A stretch of DNA of 64,000 nucleotides from assembly GCA_951406725.2 (NCBI GenBank), contig OX597826.1, forward strand, positions 73,160,001-73,224,000, in the 5' to 3' direction. The position numbers and the translations under genes were made by a program. Below are positions 12,975-26,483 of the stretch, in pieces. Within the stretch, counting starts at the first letter, position 1; each line of letters begins with the position of its first letter. Origin of the DNA: Octopus vulgaris. Lineage: Eukaryota. The notes under the pieces were generated by a model. The model was given only the letters and a program-made list of their open reading frames with translations, was not told the origin of the DNA and searched no databases.

Positions 12975-13215
12975 TCGTGAAGCCTGGTATTAGGGTCTTG
13001 TACGCTTCATCTTGCGATCGGGATTTCGATTCCCGGAGCAGGCAGTGTGTTGTGCTCTTGAGCAAAACACTTCACTTCTCGTTGCTGCAGTCCACTCAGC
13101 AGGCAACAACGAATGACCCTGCGATGGACTGGCGCTTTGTTCAGGATGAAATTTATAATCTCGGTCACTATCACGCCATGGAATCTGATTAACTAGCCCT
13201 AGATGTCCTGGGACT
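12975..13215 (+). mobile_element. tRNA-derived SINE with CORE-like and Meta/V-like domain
   Basis: TTCGATTCC B-box, CTTGAGCAAAACACTT core, CCCTGCGATGGACTGGCG domain; related copies at 26705-26927 (-) and 38470-38705 (-). Confidence 0.65.
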
Positions 13216-13349
13216 CGATACAGTAATGTCCAGCAAGATTTACTGCTATACACACACATACGTCACATCACATACAATTTAGACTACGCTTCACATATAC
13301 ACAGACATACACACACATACACTTACACACATTTCTTATATATAGGCGC

Positions 13350-13866
13350 AGGTACTTAATTTATCGACCCCAAAAGGAAGAAAGGCAAAGTCGACCTCGA
13401 CGGAATTTGAGCTCAGAACATAAGACAGGCGAAATACCGCTAAGCAATTCTTATTTCTCTATGTTTAGCCCCTTGTGGGCTAAACATAGAGGGGACAAAC
13501 AAGGACAGACAAAGGGGTTAAGTCGATTAGATCGACTCCAGTGCATAACTGGTACTTCATTTATCGACCCCGAAAGGATGTAAGTCGACCTCGGCGGAAT
13601 TTGAACTCAGAACGTAGCGACAGAAGAAATACCTATTTCTTTACTACCCACAAGGGGCTAAACACAGAGGGGACAAACAAGGACAGACAAACGGATTAAG
13701 TCGATTATATCGACCCCAGTGCGTAACTGGTACTTATTTAATCGACCCCGAAAGGATGAAAGGCAAAGTCGACCTCGGCGGAATTTGAACTCACAACGTA
13801 ACGACAGACGAAATACCGCTAAGTATTTCGTCCGGCGTGCTAACGTTTCTGCCAACTTGCCGCCTT
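13350..13866 (-). mobile_element. Nin-domain SINE multimer
   Basis: Three SINE bodies; junction at ~13632. Confidence 0.85.
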
Positions 13867-13974
13867 CAGATTCAAACTCATTGCAGCGGTCGTAAGCCTT
13901 GAAAAAGAACTCCAGCCAGGCCTTTCGTGAGACCCTTAAAACCAGGAACTTTTCAGCACTCCCTCATGTATATA

Positions 13975-14280
13975 CGTGTGTGTATGTCCATTGCTTGACA
14001 ACCGATGTTGATGTGTTTACGTCCTCGTAACTTAGCGGTCTACGTTTAGACCCTTGTGGGCAATAAAGAAATAAGAAACGTTAGCACGCCGGACAAAATG
14101 CTTAGCAACATTTCGTCCGTTTTTACATTCTGAGTTCAAACCCCATCGAGGTCGACTTTGCCTTTTATTCTTCCAGAGTCAATAAAATAATTACCAGTTG
14201 AATACTGGAGGTCAATGTAATCGATTACTCCCCACCCGTCACACAAAATTTCAAGGCTTGTGCTTACAATAAAAACGATT
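13975..14280 (+). mobile_element. OR-like SINE fragment followed by Nin-SINE fragments
   Basis: GCTTGACAACCGATGTTGATGTGTTTACGTCC, then a tail-A end, then a tail-B body. Confidence 0.7.
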
Positions 14281-15234
14281 GTTTTTCTCCATCATATGTA
14301 GACGCACTTTTAGATATCTGTCTGTGTCATCGTAACAGCTTCTGTACAATATTTATATTGTTAGTAAATTTATGTCAAAGTCAAGTTGTCTGAAGTTATG
14401 TATAACTTATATGCGTAGAGGAACAGATAGACTAAACAACTCTACTCTCCTTCATCAAGCTATTTCTCACCGGGTGAGTTCATTTAAATGGTTGAGGTAT
14501 TTTTGTTTGGTAAGGATGAAACCAATACCTGATAGACACTAGAAATGTTTCTTCCAAGTATATATTCTGACACCACCACCACCTCAAAAAAAAAAAAAAG
14601 TGGTAACCTGTTCTACTTGATGAAAAGCAGCGGAAGGAGAAACTGATATGACTTGTAAATGATATTAACTATAGAATATTAACGCTAGGAAAAATTCAAA
14701 TTACATTCTCAATTAAGAATTGAAAGTATGAAAATGCTATCACAATACCTTTCTATAAACTGTCTTCGATCTTTGACCGAAGATGGCACTTGCTATGAAC
14801 TTTGATCTTATGCTAATATTCAGGAATTTAAACCCTTCGTTCTTACAGTCGACTGTCTCAATGTTCATTGGGAAAAATTCACTTCGTTGGTGTGTCATGT
14901 CGTGTGGATTGTCATAAATATTTTCTCTGTCACCACCTAAAAAGATAGCAACAATTTTATGCTGTGCCAGTAAGCCGAGACTATCTTTGTCTTTCTATTC
15001 AGTATTGATGTAGCTTGGTGTGTGGTGTATTTCTCAGTCAAACGTGAATTTAACTGTTTCGAATCAATACAGACGAAGATATACCTTGAGATGAAAGTGG
15101 AGTGAATCCAATAGATTTTTTTTTTGTTTTTCCAAATGTATTTGGGGAGTGATGTATTATTTTCTTTGTGATGGCGTCTGGAACAGTGTCGCACTGGGTA
15201 AAAGAAAATAACGAAACATGTCTGAAAAAAACCC

Positions 15235-15420
15235 AGTTATAGTCACGGCTGGAATGTCTTTGATCATTGATCGGCTCCAACAGAACTGATGCGTGGCTAA
15301 ACAACAACAACAGGACGGCAGCCTCCGCGGGTTCTCTCGATCTGCTAGAAATAACAGCATAACATTACTCAAATTGCATACTACCGATTTAAAGGTGGCA
15401 GATACACTATCAATACTGTA
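15235..15420 (-). repeat. Old dispersed repeat family of unknown class
   Basis: Shared GCTGCTATTTCTAGCAG / TGATCAAAGACATTCCAGCCGTGAC motifs; other diverged copies at ~1235-1415, 9625-9730, 18105-18300, 29380-29720, 29900-30030, 38940-39085, 39410-39590, 46150-46260. Confidence 0.6.
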
Positions 15421-15490
15421 ACACACGAAAGTCACACGTTGAAACTTTTGTTTGTAGGAAGAACTTCCGTTTGGGAAGAGTTGAAAGATT

Positions 15491-15966
15491 AAGTGTTACA
15501 GTGATTAGTAAGGAAGGCGAGAAATAAAAGGAAATGTAAAAATCTTACTGACTTTCCTAAATTACCGAAACGAACAAGTGACTGCTTCAAAAATAAAAAA
15601 AAAACTATTATCCATCTTCAAACTTTTTTTCCCTCAAACAACTTCGGAGTTCTCTATTTTGAACATCGGAAATTCTAGTAGTTCCTATGCCCCATAATGC
15701 AATATTTTTGTTTGGCTCCGGCTACTGATCCTTACTCCATCTTGAAAAAATACAACTTATTACAATCTACACAACGTCTTGGGTTTTATACGATAGGTTT
15801 ATTTTACAGTATTTGTGGACTAACACCAACTACATACATTGTGCATGAAGTGTTTTACTTATTTTAAAGTATTTGCACATTTTGAAGCATTTATTTTTCG
15901 TTTCGGTAATTCAGGAAAGCCAAGTTAGATGTTTACATCACCCATTATTGATCGTCTGCCACACTT
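15491..15966. mobile_element. Degenerate MITE-like element with long imperfect terminal inverted repeats
   Basis: 15534-15592 (ATGTAAAAATCTTACTGACTTTCCTAAATTACCGAAACGAA..GCTTCAAAA) is an imperfect reverse complement of 15880-15938. Confidence 0.6.
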
Positions 15967-16068
15967 GACATTATTACATCGCATATATTTTATTAAAGTG
16001 CACCACATGAAATGTTGTTTTTAAGAGAAAAAAATAAACACATTATGAATGAGATAAAGCAAATTTAT

Positions 16069-16310
16069 TTAATCAAAATACAGCGCCATTATATTAAATT
16101 GACTTTTGTCAATGTGATATTAAATTAAATATTCCTAGATTAACATATCCTTCGTCTTTTAAGATTATGAACTTTTCAAATGTTTCAGCTGCGGCTTCTT
16201 GATTCGTATCTTTTATTGCGTATAAACAGTTCCAAGTGTTTGAAACGTCGATATTTTGTTAGGAAGATGTCAGCAGAGTAAGGTGAAAGCAACAAAATTT
16301 CAAAACCCAG
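16069..16310 (-). pseudogene. Ancient mariner transposase C-terminal remnant (not in ORF track)
   Basis: Frameshifted LGFEILLLSPYSADIFLTKYRRFKHLELFIRNKRY/NQEAAAETFEKFIILKDEGYVNLGIFNLISH*QKSI*YNGA/YFD* follows the mariner C-terminus and parallels 47991-48257. Confidence 0.7.
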
Positions 16311-16322
16311 TGTAGGATCATT

Positions 16323-16730
16323 AGGCGCAGGAGTGGCTGTGTGGTAAGTAGCTTGCTAACCAACCACATGGTTCCGGGTTCAGTCCCACTGCGTGGCATC
16401 TTGGGCAAGTGTCTTCTGCTATAGCCCCGGGCCGACCAATGCCTTGTGAGTGGATTTGGTAGACGGAAACTGAAAGAAGCCTGTCGTATATATGAATATA
16501 TATGTATGTGTGTGTTTGTGTGTCTGTGTTTGTCCCCTAGCATTGCTTGACAACAGATGCTGGTGTGTTTACGTCCCCGTTACTTAGCGGTTCGGCAAAA
16601 GAGACCGATAGAATAAGTACTTGGCTTACAAAAGAATAAGTCCCGGGGTCGAGTTGCTCGATTAAAGGCGGTGCTCCAGCATGGCCGCAGTCAAATGACT
16701 GAAACAAGTAAAAGAGAGAGTAAAGAGTAA
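16323..16730 (+). mobile_element. Full-length CORE-type (OR-like) tRNA-derived SINE
   Basis: A-box TGGCTGTGTGG, B-box GGTTCAGTCCC, CTTGGGCAAGT core, internal (TA)/(TG) tract, tail CAGCATGGCCGCAGTCAAATGACTGAAACAAGTAAAAGA. Confidence 0.9.
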
Positions 16731-17394
16731 ATGAAAGAACTACTCACGTCGCTAACAACATTGACCAGTAAGGGTCACTTACGACAAGGAACAATAGATG
16801 GAGCGGCTTCAGCTTTAAAAGAAAGATATAACAGTGATGTCATTGTTATGCAAATTAGGCGAACATTTGCATAAAAGCTGACCAAAGTTATTTAAGGACA
16901 GCAGGGCAACCTTTTGAACGACACAGTATGATACGACACCTAGCGGTCAATTCTTTTCTGAAAAGTGATTTGAGAAATGTGGTCGAACGTTGTCAACTGG
17001 TCCATATCTGCAGAGCAGTCTTGATTGTTTCGATTTCAGGGGGGGGGAGTGTCTGTTTGTTGGGGGGTGGGGGTGTTTATTTGTTTGTTTGCTTTTGTTT
17101 TGTTTTTTTGTTTTTTTTTGCTTTGTTTTGTTTTTGATTTCCTGCCAGAATGGGATGTGCAGTAATTAGGTTCCCCTGCTGCGAAATAAACTCGTGGACT
17201 ATATTTTTTTACAAACCACCATACAGTCGCCATAAGTTTTGGAAAACGCGCTGGAAATCATTGTGGAAACTGGTTTGTGTATAGCCGTTGCCCAGAACGT
17301 GTATTCTTGTTAAGCATTTCTCATCCAAAGAAACGATACGCTGCAAGAGGACTTATGTTTACTGTGAATTAGTAAGGTTCAGTATTTTTCATAG

Positions 17395-17955
17395 TTTACT
17401 TGTTTCAGTCGTTGGACTGCGGCCATACTGGAACACCACCTTGAAAGATTTAGTCAAATAAATCGGCCCTGGTGCATATTTTTTTTCTAAAGTTTGGTAC
17501 TTTTTCTATCGGAGGCTTGTACCGAATCCTTAAGTGACCGTCACGTAAACAAACCAACACCGGTCATCAAGTGATAAGTGGACAAACACAAACGCAAATA
17601 CATACACACATATACGACAGGCTTCCACACAGTTTCTGTCAGCCAAATTCACTCAAGCCATTGGTCGGCCCTGGGCTATACTAAAAGACACTTTAAGGCA
17701 ACGAGCTGGCAGAACCGTTAGCACACCGGGCGAAATGCGTAGCCGTATTTCGTCTGCCGTTACGTTCTGAGTTCAAATTCCGCCGAGGTCGACTTTGCCT
17801 TTCATCCTTTCGGGGTCGATAACTTAAGTACCAGTTATGCACTGGAGTCGATGTAATCGACTTAATCCGTTTGTCTGTCCTTGTTTGTCCTCTCTGTGTT
17901 TAGCCCCTTGTGGGTAATAAAGAAACATATACTAAAAGACACTTGCACAAAGTGC
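17395..17955 (-). mobile_element. OR-like SINE interrupted by a Nin-domain SINE (17694-17927, + strand)
   Basis: 17-bp TSD TATACTAAAAGACACTT at 17677-17693 and 17928-17944. Confidence 0.85.
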
Positions 17956-18427
17956 AACTCTTTTACTCTTTTACTCTTTTACTTGTTTCAGTCATTTGAC
18001 TGCGGCCATGCTGGAGCAACGCATCAGATTTTTTTTGACTCGCGAAGAATATCGCAGCTGCTTAGTACATTTGCACTTAGCCTTCCAGCTAAGAACCAAC
18101 GGAGCAGCATCCAAGTGGTTGCTCGTCTTGTAAGAAATAGCAACTAATCCTTCTTCAAAAATTATACTACTGCCTTAAACCAGGAAGGATACGTAAGATA
18201 ATGTAGTTCCAGAGATACTGAATGAAGAACAAGTCGGTTACAGCTGTAATGTCTTTGATCATAGACCTACTCGATCAGAGTCGACTCCGGGTTAAACAAT
18301 AACGTCAATAACTCCAGCTAAAGAGGTTACTACAGATAAAGCACTAAAAATATTGATTCTGTTGTTAAGTTATTTTACAACAATCTCTCTTTCCCCCTCC
18401 TCAATATCCTAGAGATCTTGTTTTGCC

Positions 18428-18537
18428 TTCTTCTTCTTCTTCTTCTTCTTCTTCTTCTTCTTCTTCTTCTTCTTCTTCTTCTTCTTCTTCTTCTTCTTCT
18501 TCTTCTTCTTCTTCTTCTTCTTCTTCTTCTTCTTCTT
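18428..18537. repeat. (TTC)n microsatellite
   Basis: Perfect run of about 36 units. Confidence 0.95.
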
Positions 18538-19333
18538 TACTGACACCTTTATGTCACTTTATGTGCTACAAGTCTCACCTATCACAAAATACACATCACC
18601 CCTTAATCAATACTTCATCATGATCGCTCGTACGCGAAAGAAACAAAAAAGACTGTTTTTCCTCAGCATCCAGTTTCTAGTTTATTTTTCTTTCTACCTG
18701 ATCCTTAATGTTATATTTACGCTTGGCTGAAAGTTTCCTCTCGTCTGACACCCTCTTCCTTCGAACAGACTACACTGTCAGCTTGACTGACACTCGCTTC
18801 CCTCCAATAACGAAACACATTGTCGGCTGTAAAAGTCTTTACCGGCCAGAAACGAATCTGTCTTCATCCATGTTTATCTACTTAAACAGAAATGTTAGAA
18901 ATATTCTGGAAGACAGATTAGGTTTAAAACATTGCCTTTTTAAGTGTTTACCTTTATGTATATACGCTTCGCTACCAAATGATTATACACAGTTAAGTAG
19001 ATACCTGTCTGTCTATCAAATGTTCTATTATCTACCTATTATCGACTTATTTTTCTATATGTTTACTTACCTCTCTATTTCCCTGTCTACCGATCTATAT
19101 GTCTATTTATCTTTCTAACTTCTTTATGCCATGCATTTGTTGAATAAACGTCTCGTTGGTCGGAGGGTTCCAACAAGTCAATCACTGGTTCACTGCATCT
19201 CCAATGGAGAGACTTCCAAGAAGCGCTTCTGAACGCGGTGTTTGAAAACAGATCTTACAACAGTCTCTTGTAGTGTCACTCAATCCTTTTTTTCTTTCTT
19301 CTATTCCTCCTTTAATCACTTTGTCGTCCCGAA

Positions 19334-20126
19334 GGCGCGTAGTTTGGTGATTAGGGTATTCGTCTAAACGGTCATAAGGTCATGAGTTCAATACCCGGCG
19401 TCTGCTCGAGCAGGGCACTTTATTTCATGTTGCTCCAATCCATTCAGCTGGAGAAAATGAGTACCGTAAATCCTCGAATATAGTCCGCCTTTGACTATAA
19501 TACGCAGGGGATTTTTAGGGGACTGTTCCTCTGAAAAACTTAAACCTTGTGTATAATACGCACCCCTTCTCTAACTTGAGTCAAGAAGGTCTATATAACG
19601 TCCTTGGTTTGTAAAAATGTATATAACATCCATTATTATTATTGTATATATAACATAATGCAAACGTGTAGCTTTTTGTGCATTTTGTTTGAACAAAATA
19701 AAGAAATAACAGTAATAACGTTTAATAAATGTTGCTAACTGCAAGTTATGGATGATTTAAGGTATTTTCGCACCCGACATCACAAAATGCGTCAGAATAA
19801 ACATTGCCGGAAAGCAAATAGAGACTCGAACATTGCTTAGAAAATAATTTTCATTTTTAACCTCGTTTATGGTACGCACTAGGGATTTTGACCTTTAAAT
19901 TTTGGGGGGGAAAATGCGGATTATACTCCAGGATTTACGGTAGTACCTGTAATTCTAAAGGCCAGTCTTGTCGCATTCTCTGTCACGCTGAATTTCCCTG
20001 AGAACTACGTTAAGGGTACACGTGTCTGTGGAGTGCTCAGCCACTTGCACGTTAATTTCACAAACACGCTGTTCCGTTGATCAGTTCAACTGGAACACTG
20101 GTCATCGTAACCGACAGATTGCCAGC
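19334..20126 (+). mobile_element. tRNA-derived SINE (third family) split by a Tc2-like MITE
   Basis: Removing 19464-19942 restores AAAATGAGTAGTACCTG, matching the uninterrupted copy at 22558-22876. Confidence 0.8.
19464..19940. mobile_element. Non-autonomous Tc1/mariner-superfamily (Tc2/pogo-like) MITE
   Basis: 25-bp TIR CCGTAAATCCTsGArTATArTCCGC (3 mismatches), TA duplication at 19462-63 and 19941-42, internal TATAATACGCA repeats. Confidence 0.9.
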
Positions 20127-20404
20127 TTCCCGATTTACTAACCACATACGAAAAGTAAAATGTAGTCTTGTATACAACATTACGCCAATAATAAACACAC
20201 GCACAGGTTCAGTTTCACTTCATTATTATTTGTCAATCGGTAAGTTATTTAAGTAACTAATTGATTTCTTGCTTAATCACTCGATCGAACCAGTGTATGT
20301 GGTTATTAATGATGCCATGATTCTCCCAAGAAACCGTAAAATCTGTTTCAACACACTAGTTTCCATCAAGAATCTTGCAAAACAAATTATAACATAATAC
20401 TGAC

Positions 20405-20598
20405 TTCAAATTTTGGCACAGGGCCAGCAATTTCGGAGGTATGGCTAAGTTGATTACATCGAGTTCAGTACTCAACTGGTATTTATTCAATACCGAAAGG
20501 ATGAAAGGCAAAGTCGACCTCGGTGGAATTTGAACTCAGACGAAATGCCGCTATGCATTTTGCCCGGCGTGCCAACGATTCTGCCAACAAGCCGCCTT
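20405..20598 (-). mobile_element. Nin-domain SINE (tail C), diverged
   Basis: Body and tail GCTGGCCCTGTGCCAAAATTTGAA. Confidence 0.8.
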
Positions 20599-21316
20599 CA
20601 ATTATTACATAATGTTAACAGCTTTATATTGATTTACCGTTAGCGTCCCTAAAAAGCAACATTAAAGGAAATAAATCTAGCGAAAATTGTGTAAATAATG
20701 ATAAAGAATTTTTCAACATAAAAACAATTTCCTCCATTAGATTTTCTAGATTTACTCCAGGAATTCAGAAATTCCATCTCCACCCCTGACGGGAAAATTA
20801 CTCCAAGCATTTTAGCTCCGGAAATTTATTTTAAATTCTGTTAGTCGAGTACAAGAATTTACACCCTACAGTGCACGTTTGAGCCAAACCGAAATATCGC
20901 TTGACAGTGTTGCTTTCGAGAGATTCTTTACCAATTCCCCACCTTTACCATGTCATTTCTTTCTTGTAGATCTCTCTCATGTGGTGCTGTTGAGCGCGTC
21001 CACAGTCTCAGTTTATCTATCACATAGATGTAGTTCCCATGTCTACTGATTGTTCAGCGTGGTAACGGCAGCGCCGGCAGCCGCAAAGGAGAGTATATTC
21101 AATATTCACTGAGAGCTTTTTGGTGAGTTCAAAGATCACATACCCCCACCCAGTTTTCAATGACAAGGTTAGGGCCTGAAATCTTCCAAACTGACGCATG
21201 ACATGCCACTTAGTTGAATTAGCATTTCCTTTACTCCACCAATGTTTTGTTTCCAACGCTACACCTCCCCTACATCACATTAACTGTACCATATATACAA
21301 ACTATGCCATTTAAAT

Positions 21317-21345
21317 CCCGAGCAATGCCGGGTATGTCTGCTAGT
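21317..21345 (+). mobile_element. Helitron-type 3' terminus
   Basis: GC-rich hairpin CCCGAGCAATGCCGGG, 8-nt spacer, then CTAG followed by T. Confidence 0.65.
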
Positions 21346-21351
21346 ATATAT

Positions 21352-21580
21352 AAAGGCGGCGAGCTGGCAGAAACGTTAGCACGCCGGGCGAAATGCGTAG
21401 CCGTATTTCGTCTGCCGTTACGTTCTGAGTTCAAATTCCGCCGAGGTCGACTTTGCCTTTCATCCTTTCGGGGTCGATAAATTAAGCCCCAGTTACGCAC
21501 TGGGGTCGATGTAATCGACTTAATCCGTTTGTCTGTCCTTGTTTATCCCCTCTGTGTTTAGCCCCTTGTGGGTAGTAAAG

Positions 21581-21584
<4 letters not shown>
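21352..21584 (+). mobile_element. Nin-domain SINE (tail A), near-consensus
   Basis: Complete head, body and tail ending in (TA)n. Confidence 0.9.
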
Positions 21585-21641
<57 letters not shown>

Positions 21642-21644
<3 letters not shown>

Positions 21645-22027
21645 TTTTACTTGTTTCAGTCATTTGACTGTGGCGATGCTGCAGTACTGCTTTTAGTCGA
21701 GTAAATCGACCCTAGGACTAATTCTTTGTAAGCCTAGTACTTATTCTTTTGCCGAACCGCTAAGTTACGGGGACGTAAACACACCAGCATCGGTTGTCAA
21801 GCGATGTTTGGGGAACAAGCACAGACACACAAATACACACACACACACATATATATATATACATATACATATATACGACGGGCTTCTTTTCAGTTTCCGT
21901 CTACCAAATCCACTCACAGGCCTTTGGTCGGCACGAAGCTATAGTAGAAGACACTTGCCCAAGGTGCCACGCAGTGGGACTGAACCCGGAACCATGTGGT
22001 TGGTAAGCAAGCTACTTACCACACAGT
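21642..22027 (-). mobile_element. OR-like SINE
   Basis: Reverse complement of the 16323-16730 family. Confidence 0.9.
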
Positions 22028-22028
22028 C

Positions 22029-22097
<69 letters not shown>

Positions 22098-22134
22098 CTT
22101 TTTCGTTTCAATGTAAATAAGTGTTTAAGAATAA

Positions 22135-23008
22135 CCTGAGTGCAAACTTGTTTATGAGTGTAGCTATCTGAGTGTGACCTAATATATATATATAATTTCG
22201 TGGTTCAGTGTAAGCTGGTATTTGGGTGTTACCTTATGTATGAATGCAACCATGTATCTGAGCGTCGCCATAAGTGTGTGTGTAATCTTATGCCTTGTCT
22301 GTGTAAAGTAACATTGAATCTAACGCTGTGTCTAAGTATAAATTTGTGTATGAGTGTAACTAACAGTATGAGTGCCGCTTAGTGTCTGGGTGGAATCATA
22401 TCACTGAATGTAACCCTGTACATGAGGGTAACCATGTTTCTGAGAATCATTTTGCATCCTATGTAAGTATCATCCTGAATGCAACGTTGTGTCTGAGTGT
22501 AATTATGCATAAGTGTAACTAGGCGTGTGACAGTAATCTTGAATCTAAATGTAACCCCGCGCATGGCTTAGTGGTTAGGGTGTTCGTTCAAGGTCATAAC
22601 GTCCTGAGTTCGATTGCTGGTGGCGTACTGTGTCCTTGAGCAAGACTCATAATTTCGCGTTGCTCCAATCAACTCAGCTGGCAAAATGAGAAGTACCTCT
22701 ATTTCAAAGGACTAGCCTTGTCACACTCTGTGTCATGCTGGATCTTCCAGAGAACTACGTTAAGGTTACGCGAGTCCGTGGAACGCTCAGTCACTTGGAC
22801 GTTAATTTCACGAAGAAGCTGTTCTGTTAATCGGATCAGCTAGAACACTCGTCGTCGTAAGCGACGGAGTACCGGTTTGTGTCCGAGCGCAACCGTCTCT
22901 GGGTGTAACCTTGAATCTCAGTCAGATCAGCTGTATGAGTGTACTTGTAATTGAATGTATTCTACTATATGAGTGTAACCATCTCTGTGACTGTAACCTT
23001 GAATCTCA
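22135..23008. repeat. Diverged 18-bp minisatellite interrupted by a SINE (22558-22876)
   Basis: Units resembling GAGTGTAACCTTGTATCT on both sides of the SINE. Confidence 0.7.
22558..22876 (+). mobile_element. tRNA-derived SINE (third family), uninterrupted
   Basis: TGGCTTAGTGG A-box, GAGTTCGATT B-box, CCTTGAGCAAG core, shared tail. Confidence 0.8.
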
Positions 23009-24235
23009 GCGAACTAGATTCTTTATTTCCTTGCCTTCTTTGTTCTGTCTTTCATTCCTTCAGATCTGTTGCGTGTTCTTCCCTTATTTAACCTCGCGAT
23101 TTCTCAGCCTTTCCATTCTTTCTTCCATTCTTGCTTTCTTCTTTTCTTCTCTTCTATTTACTCCTCCTTTTTCCTTTCATTCCCTTCCTTTTCCTCATTC
23201 GTTCTCTCCACCGTTACATCCCACCGTCAACACAACCGCTGCAACCGTCTTGCCTTTATTTCCCAACGTCTTGAAGCAACTTGTCTGCGATTTTTCAGCA
23301 AAACTTACAGAACGAAGTAAATGATGGATGGATGGATTGGAGAAATAGAGGGCGGATTTTAATATAACATCAACGGCAATAACAACAACTACGACCACGA
23401 CAACAACAACAACAGCAATATTTAAATAGCGTTTTTAATCTCAACAACAACAAAACAACAAACATGATATATAAAAGTATTTAGCAACAACAACAACAAG
23501 GAGCGACTATCAATAAATATAACAACAGCAATAAGAAAGACAACAACATCAATAACAACCGTCACTTCTGATACAACAATAACAACAACAATAACAACAA
23601 GAACGGGAGCTGCAGCAGCTGTAGAGTAGCAAAAGACTAACAACAGCAACTAGGTACCATAAAGATATACAACAATACAAAAGGATAGCAAAAACAACAG
23701 CAATAGTAACACACTCAACAACAATTGCAACTATGACAACAACAACGGTAGCTGAATCATATGTCAGAAATATAATTTGTTGATGAAAAGAAAAAGTAAA
23801 TAAGTAAAAATCGTAAGATAGAGTGAGAGAGAAAAAAATTAATATCAAAAGCAAGTCGATAATGAACAGTAAATGATAGAGGGAACGTATTATTTCTTCC
23901 TTCAACTATAATAATTAGTATGAACCCTTTCTTTATTCCTTCTCTTACATGCACTTCCTATAAATTCCTTCAAATTCCCTGAAATTCCTTGAAATTCCTT
24001 CACATTCCTTTAAATTCTCTTTTCATTCACTTCACATTTACTTTACATTCACTAATTCAATGAGCAGACGACACAGCAGCCGCCATTTTGCTTTACGATA
24101 TATTTTTTCTCTGACTGTGAAGCGATTTCTCACACCTTCTGTGTATCCCTCTTTCTTCCTCGCTTTCTTTCTCGCTTTCTTCCTTTCTGTCTCCCCCTGT
24201 CTTTCTCTCTTTTTCTGTCTTTCTTTCTTTCCTTT

Positions 24236-24271
<36 letters not shown>

Positions 24272-24660
24272 TCCTTCAATTTTCTCTCCCTTTCTCTTTT
24301 TCACGTATATTTTCTCCCTAAATCACATACATACTTTCACTTTTACTTTCTATATTGCACACACACACACACATACACATACTCACACATACACATACAC
24401 ACACACACCTACATACACTCATACACATTCACACATATAACACTATTTTTATTTTACACTACGTCTCTCAGTTTCTTATCCACACAAATGCAAGCACACA
24501 CATACACACATACACGCACACACACACACTCACATACACACACACACTATCACTCTATTAAATATACTCTCAGACGTAAACTTATTCTCTCTCTATCTCT
24601 TACACACATACATACACACAGAATCAAACACACATTCGATTACACATACATTCCCCCCCT

Positions 24661-24699
<39 letters not shown>

Positions 24700-24748
24700 T
24701 TTATGTTTTCTTTCCCCTCTCCCTGTCTATATGTCTCCCTCCCTCCCC

Positions 24749-24799
<51 letters not shown>

Positions 24800-25014
24800 T
24801 CTTTCTCGTACATTTTTTTTCCTCTCACAAATTTAAATATAAATTCTGATCTCCATTCAATTCTTTCATAGTAAAAACTGAACATCTCCAACGGAGAAAC
24901 TTAGTTAAAGATCTTTTAGTCTACATCTGCGCAGATATCTCTAGGAATGAGTCTTTCTCTATGTGCGTCTGTTTTACACATACACATACATACACATATA
25001 TATGTGTGTGTGTC

Positions 25015-25116
<102 letters not shown>

Positions 25117-25799
25117 CGTGTGCCTTGTGCGTTCAATGGAAATGAAGTGACACATCAGGCCGCCAGGTGGGATGAAAGAGATAAGTAGAATAGGTTATGT
25201 ACACACACACATACATATATATGTGTGTGTGTGTCCGTGTATGTGTGTGTGTGTGTTCATGTGTGTGTATATATATGTAATGGTTAGTTATATATCTTTA
25301 TATATATATATGTACACATATATACACTCACATACACACATATGTATATGTATATCCATACATATACACACACACGCATGCATACATGCATACATACATA
25401 CATACATACATACACACACATACATACATACATGCATACATACATACATCCACACATACATACATACATACACACACATACATACATACATGCATACATA
25501 CATACATACACACACATACATGCATACATACATGCATACATACACACATACATACATACATGCATACATACATACATACATACATACATACACACATACA
25601 CACACACATACACCTCCCCTTCTTTACACTGTGTACAGACAGATGTTAGCTACGCGTTGGCAATCAATCTACATTTAACAATCCATGTCGTCTTCGCCTC
25701 GTTCCTGAAACATGGTGGCGATTCAGATAATATCACTGATTAACGACGATAAAAAAGCCAGATAGATAGACTGATATCATAGAATGGAGAAAATGATAT

Positions 25800-26230
25800 C
25801 ATCGCCACCAACATCGATATCTTCATCGTCGTTGTCGTCGTTGCCGCCGCCGTCGTCTTCATCATCATAATCATCATCATCATCATCATCATCACCATCA
25901 TCATCATCACCATTATCATTCAAATCATTAATGCCACATCATCATCATCATCATCATCATTATCATCACCCTCGTCGTGATCACCTGCGTCTTCATCATT
26001 AACTTCAGCATCACCATTGGTTGTGATTATCCAGATTACCATCTTCTTGCTGGTATTGCTCCTACCACGGTGATTGTTATCTCTGCCACCGCCACCCATC
26101 ATTGCATTTATCATACGACTATTGTTCCATTCCATTTGTTATTGTTGTTGTCAGTCGTCGCCGTCGTCGATGATGATGATGATGGTGATGATGATGATGG
26201 TGGTGGTGGTGGTGGTGGTGGTGGTGGTGG

Positions 26231-26261
<31 letters not shown>

Positions 26262-26483
26262 GGTGATGGTGGTGGTGGTGGTGGTGGTGGTGGTGGTGGT
26301 GGTGATGATGATGATGGTGGTGGCGGTGGTGGTGGTGGTGGTGGTGTTGGTGGTGTTGGTGGTGGTGGTGGTGGTGATGATGGTGATGATGATGGTGATG
26401 ATGATGATGATGAAGATGATGATGATAATGATGGTGATGATGATGATGATGACGATGATGATGATAATGATGATGATGATGAT
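25800..26483. repeat. Compound (CAT)/(GAT)/(GGT) trinucleotide low-complexity tract
   Basis: Direct inspection; source of the poly-H/V/G/D ORFs. Confidence 0.9.

Noticed and set aside
16323-16395. tRNA gene
   Set aside because: A and B boxes belong to a SINE head that continues into CORE and tail sequence; no proper cloverleaf seen
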